From Asterionella formosa (lineage: Eukaryota), in the NCBI GenBank assembly GCA_002256025.1, contig NKIB01013951.1, forward strand, positions 1 through 49,582: a stretch of DNA of 49,582 bases, in the 5' to 3' direction. The position numbers and the translations under genes were made by a program. Numbering within the stretch: position 1 is the stretch's first letter; the number at the start of each line of letters is the position of its first letter. Below the pieces are notes generated by a model. That model had not been told where the DNA came from. It worked only from the letters and a program-made list of their open reading frames with translations, and searched no databases. Shown piece after piece: positions 31,390-41,728 of the stretch.

Positions 31390-33050
31390 GGCAGGAGATT
31401 AGGAAAAAGCTTCGCAACAGTATCATTTGTACTAGTTCAAACATCGCCCAGGATTTGCATAAACTTCCAAGTGGACAAGGTTTGAAGGATGCATATTTCA
31501 AATTAGTCTGGAATATTTTCAAGCGAAGTTTCCAAAAGAAGAATCCAGTTTGTCAAATCATGACTTATGGAGTAGATCTACCTGGTCAATCAGCCAACAG
31601 ACTCGAAATCATGGTTGTTCTAAGCCCGCCCAATCATTGAGAATATAGGGACCCAACCTTGTGCTATTTGCTTACTTTAATGATTTTTCGGAATATACAA
31701 TTGGTTCCAGATGTGAAAGACAGTGATGTTGTAAATATTATAAGTCGACGAGAGATGCTGCAGGCAGATCGCAAAGAGAAGATGCATAGTAAGGAGCATG
31801 GAAGGAGCAGCAAACCAAAGCATCATCATGATAATGACTATTCATCACCAAGCAAACAGAAAACCCAACAATGATGGATATGTCAATGCTCAATTTTCAA
31901 GCAGCGCAAACTCGGAAGGGAAAAACTGATGAGATTTTTGCTTATCTTGATCTATACAGGAGATTCAAGCACATACTCCCTGAAGACAGATATCATGCAG
32001 ATGTTTTGAATTGTTTCGATAATCTACCTTCCCTACAAACTTATGATGTTGAGAGAAGAAGTGTTATTACTGGCAAAAGTGTTGTCAGCGCAACAAGTGT
32101 CTTTGGAAATGAACTCACTCCAACAAATACTACACCAATTCCCTCTTTTGTTTGTAATGATGAGCAAGAAAAAGATCAAGGTGCAGGACTTGGAGGGATT
32201 TGCATTGACTGCCAAGTCATCATAAACAGTGAACATCTTTGCATTGATTGCAACAAATTTGTCGGCTCCATTTGCTGTGATGGTTTTTGACATCACTCTC
32301 CAGAACATTTGTTGTTGTGGTACATACTTTTCTATGCACAGCTCCAATGTTCAGGAACAAATTGGGCTACATAAATACACATGAATATAGTTTACCATAT
32401 AGTGACATAATATATGTTAAGCTATCTTGCTAACTTACATCTTTTACTAACTTACTGCTTTTACAAAATTCTTCATAATGATCAACAAGTAGTTCAACTC
32501 TATTCCACTATTGGCTTTGTTTACCAGCAGCTTTTTCATTCAATTTGCTGTGTGAAGTAACATTCAATTCCATGCAGTCACCTCGCTAAGTATTGGCAGC
32601 ATCCTGTATGTAAGAACTTTCACAGTCAAGGTAACCATTGCTTTCTAATAGAATGTTATGGAGCATACAGCAGGACTTGAATACATTTTTGATATGCTTG
32701 GGTCAAGACAAGTTGTTCCAGTTCTTAAGAAATAACCATCAACTTTTCAATTTACCAAAAGTACATTAAAAATCTTTTCGAACAGACTCCACCATCATAA
32801 CCCATGCCCTTCCTTTTCCATGTTCATTCCACCAACATGTTGACTCCTGCCTTGACACCAGAGGTTGTTTCATTCCTTCATTTTGGAGTGAAAAGTCGCT
32901 CTTGGAGAGCAATACCTCGTTGTGAGAGTTCTGTTGGCCTGATTTGACAATCAAAGGCTTGCTTCTTGAGAAAAGCTGAAATTTCTATGTCTCTATCTCA
33001 TGTTTTAAAGTTTGCTCATGGCATCATCCATGTCATCAGGAGATGAGGAG
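31390..33050. mobile_element. Decayed PIF/Harbinger element: accessory ORF remnant (+, ~31390-32290) convergent with a DDE transposase remnant (-, ~33050-32470)
   Basis: The - strand reads ESVRKDF*CTFGKLKS*WLFLKN...NVFKSCCMLHNILLESNG, the Harbinger transposase C-terminal signature. Assignment of the + ORF is by position only. Confidence 0.75.
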
Positions 33051-33364
33051 CAAGAGGTAAGTCGACATGCTGGTCAGTGACTCACACTGGTGAAATTATG
33101 GAACTCATGTGGACAATGAACAAGAGGCTGTGTAACACACAAGAGGATGCATCGCTATGAAACTATAACTGTTATAAATTAAAGTTAAATTTATACAAAA
33201 TGTCAGATGACTAATCTATAATATCTTGATTATCAGAGCGCAATGACGTTATTATGTATCAAATCACCAATATAATTTGTATTATAATACACACATGATA
33301 TAATAGTTTTTTAATATCAGAGCGCCACTGATAGAAGTATCGACTACTATATCATCAGTAAATG

Positions 33365-33929
33365 TGATGATGATTACCTATATATTTTTCCGCTATTCTG
33401 ATTGGTGGAGACAACCTGAAGATTAATCTTCGGGAAGAAACGAAGATTGTTCAAGAAAATACGAAACAATAGGGTCAGGTTGTCGGGGATGACCCCCGAA
33501 ATATTCGGGCGAAGCAACGAATGCAGATTGATCTTCGTAATCGGGGGGGGGGATTTGCGAGTTATTTAGCCCGTAAGGGACGGAAATACGAAGATTAATT
33601 AAACGCCCAACACAGGTAGGGGCGACTCAATCTCCGTAATTCGGGCACCGTAAGACGGGGCTATAAAAGTGTGGCAGAGTGGTCGATCCCGCCCATCAAC
33701 ACAGCTGTAAATAGGGTTAGAGTTATATCATACATATCAGAACTTAATTAGAATAATGAGAGAACTCGACGAACACCTCTATTGTATACTTCGGTGTCAA
33801 CTACCGGTACGGTAAATAAACCAGTTGCACATCAAGATACCGGTAAAATAATAAACTCATATACCGGTATACCGTTTTATAGCTATGTTCAACAAATTGT
33901 ACTACCGGTAATTCTAGTAAGATACTTCA
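33365..33929 (+). mobile_element. Solo LTR related to the Gypsy LTR at 29178-29375
   Basis: 33680-33929 aligns with 29178-29375 and both end in CTTCA. TATAAAA at 33662. The TG start near 33363-33365 is inferred; no clear TSD. Confidence 0.7.
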
Positions 33930-34932
33930 CCTGGTACTAGGTACCATAGTCTTCTCCACCGTATGTTCGTCACGAAGGACAAAATACAAGAGAGTCAGTT
34001 AAATGTCGCGACCGTCCGCCAGGTTACTTGTTCCGCTTCTCTTGTTCGACTCCCAACCAGCCCTGTGCATTACTAACTATCCTGGATGGTCGTCATCTTT
34101 GCTATGTACTCCCTCCTTCGTATCACCCAAACAAGTTCCTTGATAGAGTCGGATGGTTTTCCAATTTATATCTACGTACGTACTACGTGTTCTCATCTTT
34201 GTATGTGTTGATCATGTACACAGGCACTCAGGTAGACCTCGTGCAGGTACCTGGTAGGGTTAGTTATCAGGTCCTGGTACCAGCTGCCAGATATCCTTGA
34301 ACGCACGGTGGTGAATACATTGACGACAAAGTAGTTACAGGTAATACCGGTAAAAATATAAACAGCAAGTTGCTGTAATTTTGTCGAACTAAGGAGTTAG
34401 CTATCTTTATCCCAGATTAAATTGTTTATTTAAGCAAAATGACGCAACTTGCAGGTGCCAGGGTACCAGATACCAGTTACCAGTACCTGGTACCATTGGT
34501 TAGATGAGGAGTAGGACAGGAGTACCGGTACCTGTGCTGGAGCTTCGTACCCGTACCTGATTCACTCAGCCAGCGTTACCTGTCACATTTGTCTCAAGAC
34601 CATTAGAAAACATCAACTGGTGGTGGGACAGTGTCCCCTGGTTGCCCAAAAATTTGCAAATTGCTCACTTCCCAGTTCTTTTCGGAGGTTTGTCCATAAC
34701 TTCCTACCGACAACTGGGAACATGCTTGGGTTGTTCGTTTGTTGCGATCTTTTGTTTGCTTTTATGTGTGTATCAATTACTCAACCTACATAAGAAAAAG
34801 AATGCTGGGGGAAATGTGAATATTTCCTGAAAGCATGCATAAATTATCCATCTGAATACCGTACTGATTAAATCTTTCCTAATAGGTTTTCAAGCTCTTT
34901 GCTGTTTTCCCTATCGATAGAATCTGGTCATC

Positions 34933-36752
34933 ATGTCAAACCCGACCAGCTTTGAAACTTGCTCCGCCTTGTATAATGTCCAGAGCGATCAGGCAGGGTT
35001 CCTCAACTGTAGTGCGGTCGCTGCGCAGGCAGTAAGTGAAAACAATCGAGTGTGTTTCAGCCGTTGAAGTGACTGTACAATCTGACAGTTCCTTGATGCT
35101 TCGCTCCCTTTCAATTTAGGCTGTTATCGCTGCAAATGAAGATCTTTCCGGTGGTCTTAACCAATTCTTTTTGATCTTTGGGGTAAGTCAATTGAGATGC
35201 TTATCTTGAAACCCGCTGGGGCACTGACAGTCGACGCTAACCGTCTAGTCCGTTTCAGGGAGCTCTCGTCTTTTTCATGCAAATTGGCTTTGCCATGTTG
35301 TGTGCTGGATCGATCCGGGCCAAGAACGTCAGGAATGTGATGTTGTGGAACCTTTTGGATTCCGCTGGTGGTGGAATCTCCTATTACTGTGTTGGTTATG
35401 CTTTTGCCTATGGCAGTGATGGCAATGATACCGTGAAGACTTTTGTCGGAACATCCCAATTCTTTCTCGCTGGAAGCGATATCAACTACTCGTTTTTCTT
35501 CTTTCAATGGGCCTTTGCAAGTGCTCTATCTTCGATAGTGGCTGGAACAATCGCAGAGAGGACTAAGATGATCGCCTATCTGGGATACTCCACATTTTTG
35601 GTTGGATTCGTCTATCCGGTGGTAAGCCTACTTATTATAGTGTCATGACTTGAGTGACCAGGTAACTCGACTAATTTTACCATTCCTCTTTCTTTCAATG
35701 TGCAGGTTTCCCATGCATTCTGGTCGACCCAGGGATTTCTAGGCATTTTTGCTGCGGAACCGCTATGGGGTGCGGGTGCTATTGACCTTGCCGGATCTGG
35801 TCCAGTTCACTTGACTGGTGGAGTCGCCGCCCTTGCTGCAGCCCTTATTCTAGGTCCCCGTTTGGGACGCTTCTATGATCGCGATGGAAATGTATTGGAT
35901 CCACCTGCTGAAATTCCACCACATTCCGTCGCTCTCCAATTCCTCGGAACGTTTGCCCTCTGGTTCGGCTGGTATGGATTCAACCCCGCTTCCGTCCTTG
36001 CGACTAACACCACCGAGCTTGGTACTGTTGTATCTCTTGTCGCTGTAAATACGACTCTTTCCGCATGCGCTGGGGCACTGTCTGCCCTGTTCACCTCTAC
36101 ACTCTTTGATTACTGGTCTACTGGTATTCACACCTACGACGCAGTCTATACCATGAATGGTTGCCTCACCGGTTTGGTCGCCATCACTGGTGGATGCGCT
36201 TCCGTCCAACCCTGGGCTGCTATTATCATTGGAGTGATTGCCGGATGGGGCTACTTGGGAATGAGTAAGCTCTTGATCAAGTGGAAGATTGATGATGCTG
36301 TGGATGCCATTCCTGTCCACATGATTGGTGGAACTTGGGGAGTTCTTGCAACCGGACTTTTTTCTGCCCCTACTCTCTTGAAGAGTGCCTACGGCATTGA
36401 CACACATGTTGGTTGGTTCTATTCGTTTGCTCGAGGCAGTGGTGACTTCACGTTGCTTGGCTGTCAGTTGGTGAGCATCGTTTTTATCTATGCATGGACA
36501 TTTTCCACCATGGGAGCGTTTTTCTTGGGTATGAAATACATGGGTCAACTCCGAGTTGATGAATTGGAGGAGGAGGTTGGTATGGATATCAGTCGCCACA
36601 AGGGATCTGCCTACGAGGTCGGTGACAGCAGTGCTGCCCACAGCGACGCTGTTGACAGGCTTAACATGAGCCGCAGTGGCCGAGTGGTCAAGATTGACGG
36701 ACCCAGTAAGGAGGAAGAGGCCGTTTTGTCGGTTGAGGAAGTTACTGCCTAG
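34933..36752 (+). CDS. AMT1: Ammonium transporter, AMT1 type, 4 exons (34933-35031, 35120-35182, 35259-35621, 35706-36752)
   Basis: LVFFMQIGFAMLCAGSIRAKN, FFFQWAFA...GTIAER, DLAGSGPVH, LWFGWYGFN, IDDAVDAIPVH. Three phase-0 GT-AG introns keep the frame. Confidence 0.95.
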
Positions 36753-36907
36753 CTCTCGAGCGAAAAGTACTATGTGTGTCTCGTGAGTGAGGTCTGTGAC
36801 GCTTTGGTGTCGTGTGCGGCTTAGATATGTTGATAAAGCATTTTTTTAATTCATGCTATTTAAAGTTATCAAACTACATTTGCTTTCGTTGTACTAGTAC
36901 GTCACTG

Positions 36908-37330
36908 TTACCTGGCCCCCTGAACTTCTGCTGCTGTCGCTCTCGCTGCCTCCACTGCTGCCTGTTGCAAAGCTCCGTTCATTTTCTGGACTGCCACTGC
37001 AATTTCATTCGCCGTTGACTCCTTGGTTGCCAGAGTCACTTCAGCTTTACTTCGCTCGCTCGCAATGAATTCCAATCGCTTGTTTACCGTCGATTTGGCT
37101 TCGTCCAAATCCTGTTTCAACAGAACAGGTCCCACCATTTTGTATACATCGTCGTCGTTGTTGAGTAGAGCAAGCTCTTGCTTGACCATTTCATTTTCGT
37201 TTTGTTGTGCTGCCAAGAGTTGAACGTCATTGCGGAGCTTGGCAATTTCCTCACGAAGTACATGGAATTTCGCAGTTTCGTCGGTGATGCTTTGCTGAAT
37301 CGCAGCCGCTGGGTTCTGAGATGCTGACAT
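36908..37330 (-). CDS. PFDN6: Prefoldin subunit 6
   Basis: QQNENEMVKQEL...VYKMVGPVLLKQDLDEAKSTVNKRLEFI. Confidence 0.92.
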   Translation of the reverse strand: MSASQNPAAAIQQSITDETAKFHVLREEIAKLRNDVQLLAAQQNENEMVKQELALLNNDDDVYKMVGPVLLKQDLDEAKSTVNKRLEFIASERSKAEVTLATKESTANEIAVAVQKMNGALQQAAVEAARATAAEVQGAR

Positions 37331-37967
37331 GATGGTGTCGTATACCTGTATCTACTATGTAGAAGTACTCGTTGCTCAATATTTTTGTCAGTGTGCCTAT
37401 TTTAGATAAGCTATGAGCGAAATAGCAAGCAGTGCCAGTTGCTCGTCTTTGTTATTCGTGTTCCGTATGAAAAGTGTGATTATTGTACCGGTCGCACAAG
37501 GCATGGTACCAGTACTACCTGTTACGGTGGTTGAAATACCCGGTACCTGGTACCAGGTACTCCTTCCTGCCTGGTGGTAAGCACGTTGATGGTCAATGTC
37601 CACTGCCTTGGTACCAGGGTACCCGTACCAGGTACCTGGTATCAGTAAAATGATGGGAGTACATACCGGTATGAATCCTTTTCGTAATCATCATGTGGCT
37701 ACATACTGCTGGTATCATCGTAACCGGTACTTCAATGTGTCACTACAGTACTTGGATCTCGACTTCGTTTGCCCTCATCCGCCCAATCGAAAGAGTCTTC
37801 TCCTTTTGCGTTGTTGCAATACGGATAGTCTTCACTAGCTACTCAAGTCTGATATAGAGGGAAACCATGAACGTTTAGTGAAGGGAAACGTAAAACTTCC
37901 ATCTTGATTACCTGGTACTCTACTACCACTCAAGTAAAAGTAACTCTGTCCCAACAATACATTGAAC

Positions 37968-38702
37968 ATGGCATTTGAAAACGCAACCCCACCAGAAACC
38001 TTTCTTCGCCATGACATGGATGGCAATCCATTCTATTGCACATGTCCACATGTTGAGCTACCAGGTTTGAGGTATATATCCAACTTTGTCACCAAGGAAG
38101 AGGAAGAAGCCTTGTTACACTTGATTGAATGTCGTCGATGGTTCACAGCATTGAAAGGTCGCAGACAACAACACTACGGGATTGTATATTATCATACAAG
38201 ACACAATCTTGCCGAACTGCAACCAACCAATCATGAACAGGAGCTACTCAGTGGTACGATGCAAGATTTTGATGTCTTGTTGGAACGAATGAAGCCGTTT
38301 TTTCCTGAATGTCATCCACCAACGCAATGCTTGGTGAATGAATATGTTGGAACACAAGCCATTCGGAGACATGTGGATAGTGCCGAATGCTTTGGCGATG
38401 TTGTTTGTGGTATATCATTGAACGAGCCAGTGTGGATGATTCTAAGGAGCGTCAAGGATCCAGATGTATCTGTGAGTTTTCTCTGTGAGCGAAGGTCTAT
38501 GTATGTTTGGACAGACGAAGTTAGGTTTGAATGGCGTCACGGTATTACACCACACAAACAGGTGTATTTGCCAGAAACCAACGAGGTCATCCGACGAGAT
38601 GAGACGTATAGAAGAATTAGTTTGACCTTTAGAGAAATCAAGGTGGATGGGACTAAGAAAGTTGGATCCAACGACCCTCAGCCAGACCACGTTGTGTACT
38701 AA
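37968..38702 (+). CDS. AlkB-family 2OG-Fe(II) dioxygenase
   Basis: PGLRYISNFVTKEEE, RRQQHYG, QCLVNEY, HVD...WRHGI...RISLTFR. Confidence 0.9.
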   Translation: MAFENATPPETFLRHDMDGNPFYCTCPHVELPGLRYISNFVTKEEEEALLHLIECRRWFTALKGRRQQHYGIVYYHTRHNLAELQPTNHEQELLSGTMQDFDVLLERMKPFFPECHPPTQCLVNEYVGTQAIRRHVDSAECFGDVVCGISLNEPVWMILRSVKDPDVSVSFLCERRSMYVWTDEVRFEWRHGITPHKQVYLPETNEVIRRDETYRRISLTFREIKVDGTKKVGSNDPQPDHVVY

Positions 38703-39527
38703 CTAATTATTAGAGGGCATTTGTGGGGAGGAATTGTTCCCAATTATAAATTAGAAAGACCATGAAGCAATGTAATTTCATGAGAAAGGAAGCCCCACAG
38801 GAAAATTTCGATTTTCCTAGTAGACCATCATGATGTGCAATTTTCATGGTCAATCGTAATTTTGGTTGAGGGCAGGCTATCATTGCAAAGAGGTAGTGCA
38901 TTGCCTCTAATTTTGAAAATGAGTGTCATTTGATTTGTTTTGTTGCTCAATTCTCCATCAATCCTGTTCTTCTCCCCAATGTATATCTTCTTGTATCAAG
39001 TTCTCCCTTCTTACCTTGCCATTTGTTGGTGGTGGTCATCTGGTATCTCAACCCCAATTTGAGAAGGTATTACCACCTAGACTACCGGTATTATGTTAGC
39101 TATTATATATACCGGTCCATGTATGTATAGGAAATTATACTTTGGTGATGGGTACCGGTACCCGGCACCGGAGTACCTGGTACCTGGTATGTAGTTTACT
39201 TGTGACGAGGAGGAATGAAACATACCGGTAATCGGTTTCTGCAGACATACCAGAAAGGTCGTGCGAAGAGATCTAATAGTGTAAACATCCCCTGATGAAC
39301 ATTTGGCCAATCATATGAAAATATAAATAGAAATGGCAAGCAATGAAGTCATAGATTTCCTCCCCCCCCCCCATCATCGTCACTTGCCCCCACAAAAACT
39401 GTATAAACAATCTAGTAGTAGCTAAAATATACTTCCCATCAAGAGGCAAGCTTATTGTTCCAACCGACACGCTGACCCATTGAGAATATCTGTTGATCTC
39501 GATCCTTGCTGTCTCTCTCCTTCACGC

Positions 39528-40349
39528 ATGATGATGCTAGCAACTCAACTCTTGCACCAACGAAGTTCACATGGGCTACTCCTTGCAAGGTCCATAATCA
39601 CTCGAACCGCCCCAAAGATTATTACCGGTAGAATTGCTGATAATGTTTCAGCAACTGTTCGGACATTTGCGAGTGGGCCTCCAAAACGAGCCTTTCCTCA
39701 GTATATGATGCATGCCCCTAATTGTGTGCTCGTCATGAAATGCATTCCTCCCGTCTTCAAGTATGGCACGAGTGCCTCTGGAGATTTCCTTACGGCAGAT
39801 TCAAAACTTGTGGGCAAGATGTTCTTCGAATTCACCCCCCGTGGCAATAAGGGGTATGTCTGGGCCAACACGACAAAGTTTGCGTTGACGGTGGAAGAAG
39901 TAGGCTTGCTTTGCCACCAATTGCCGCAGTCGCCAGTGACTATCGCGCGGGCCACTGGCAATCCCGCTATCGCTAATCACGACGTTATCAAGAAGTTGTC
40001 CTTTAAACCGACTGAAGTAACAGGAACATTGATTGTTACTGTGGATGGTACAAGAGATGGTGTTGGCGGATTTTCCCCTAATCCCCCTTATAATGAAGAT
40101 CTGGTAAGTACTGTTATATTTGATGAGGACGCAAATTCATTTTTTCTAACATCAGCCACATCTATACCGGTATAGGCATTTCCAATGTCAATGACTATTC
40201 AAGCGGGGGAGTTCAAGGTCCTGCATTCGCTCATGGAGACATCCATTCCTTACCTCACTGGATGGACTACAATGCTGGACATCAACATGGATGCTGCTAT
40301 CAATGCAGCACAGTCTCCTATGGAAGAAACTAACCCGTTTCCCTTTTAA
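39528..40349 (+). CDS. Whirly-like ssDNA-binding protein, probably mitochondrial, 2 exons (39528-40103, 40176-40349)
   Basis: FPQY...PPVF...GKMFFEFTP...YVWANTTKFALTVEEVGLL, and after the GT-AG intron 40104-40175, AGEFKVLHSLMETSIPYLTGW. Arg-rich presequence ending VRTFAS. Confidence 0.8.
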
Positions 40350-40882
40350 TGCAGTATAGGTACTCACTCTTATTCTCTCGTCATAATTCGTTCATCATGA
40401 CTCGTGGAGAAGTCACAGAATGAGACAGTGTTTTTACATTGGAAGAACGTGTGTAAGTACCGGAATTCATATTGGAGCTGTTTTCAAACAAGAATTCTAT
40501 TTTATAGTCTCCTAAAGTGAATGATACATATGGTTTCTTGAAACTTATTAGATTTTCCATTTCATGTGTCTTGAATATCATATAATGTGTAGATGAGAAG
40601 ATTCTTGAGTTTGTTCACAACTCCTTAATATGTGTATTGTCTGGTGATGCTCTGTGTGATTGAAACGTGTGGTAGTACCGGAGGTGGTGTTCCTCGTTTC
40701 TGGACACATCACGGGGCGGAACTGATGATTTATTGTTTTTCTACTTTTTCTGTTACAGTGTACTCGCAGAAAGTGCGCTGCATTAGATGCATGGTGGACT
40801 CATTCTATTACATATCATCATAGCTTTCTAGTTTCTTTTTAGCTATATTGATTGCTATACTTAAGCAATTGGAGGATACTTG

Positions 40883-41518
40883 TTAGTCATGAACCTCCAA
40901 GCCGATGAATCCAACAATTCCCTTCTTCTTCATTTTAGCGAAACCACCAACAGAATTGTCAATCAATGATTCTGTATTTTTCATGTAAAATCCAGATGGA
41001 TCCGGAAGACCGACAAAGCCAATATTCTTTTCAATGTCGTCAGGCATGTCGACTTTTCCGGCCACAACCACCACTTCGTCTCCTTTCATATAGGCCCACT
41101 CTAGAGTATCCTTGGCAAATATCTGTAGAGGAAATAGCCGTCGAGCGTGCTCTGAAATCAGGAGACGCTGCCGAATGACAGCAGCCTCCGTGTAGGCGTT
41201 ATCCTTGGTTCGAACCGTTCCCACCTGCAACCACTCATCAGCCGGAGGATCACTAACCACTCGCACGGCCACGACGAAGGTCTCCGCAGTCTTGAGGTCT
41301 AGATAACGATCCCATTGTTGTTTCGGCTTTAACTTGCTATCGCTCTTTTTCTTGTCGTTCTTGGCAGCGCCAAAGCCAGACATGAAAAGACGAGACGACG
41401 AGGAAGCAAATGTTGCATGTCGCTGCACGAGGTTGGCGCCTCCAACGAGTGGTGGCGCTGTCAAGAACGCTTCCGCTGATGCTGCGACCAAAAGTAACAG
41501 ACATGTAATTCGCTGCAT
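40883..41518 (-). CDS. Hypothetical plastid-targeted protein
   Basis: Signal peptide MQRITCLLLLVAASAEA-FLT followed by a Ser/Arg-rich transit peptide (SSSSRLFMSGFG). Confidence 0.8.
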   Translation of the reverse strand: MQRITCLLLLVAASAEAFLTAPPLVGGANLVQRHATFASSSSRLFMSGFGAAKNDKKKSDSKLKPKQQWDRYLDLKTAETFVVAVRVVSDPPADEWLQVGTVRTKDNAYTEAAVIRQRLLISEHARRLFPLQIFAKDTLEWAYMKGDEVVVVAGKVDMPDDIEKNIGFVGLPDPSGFYMKNTESLIDNSVGGFAKMKKKGIVGFIGLEVHD

Positions 41519-41728
41519 CGTTGTATATACGAACTAACAGGGTGGGATGATGGATGTAGTTTGCTGAGCGAGGAGGGTAAGCTTATCAGTGTGAGACTAA
41601 ATTGAAATTTTACAGTTCCTGGTACTTGGTACTGGTGGACCAAGTAACGAAAGTATGAGTGGTGTACATATGATTATTATTTCATTGCCGGTCATAGAAC
41701 CGTTACCATGGAATATATCATACGATGA

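Noticed and set aside
35850..36641. 263-aa antisense ORF
   Set aside because: Shadow of the AMT coding exon with no recognisable motifs.
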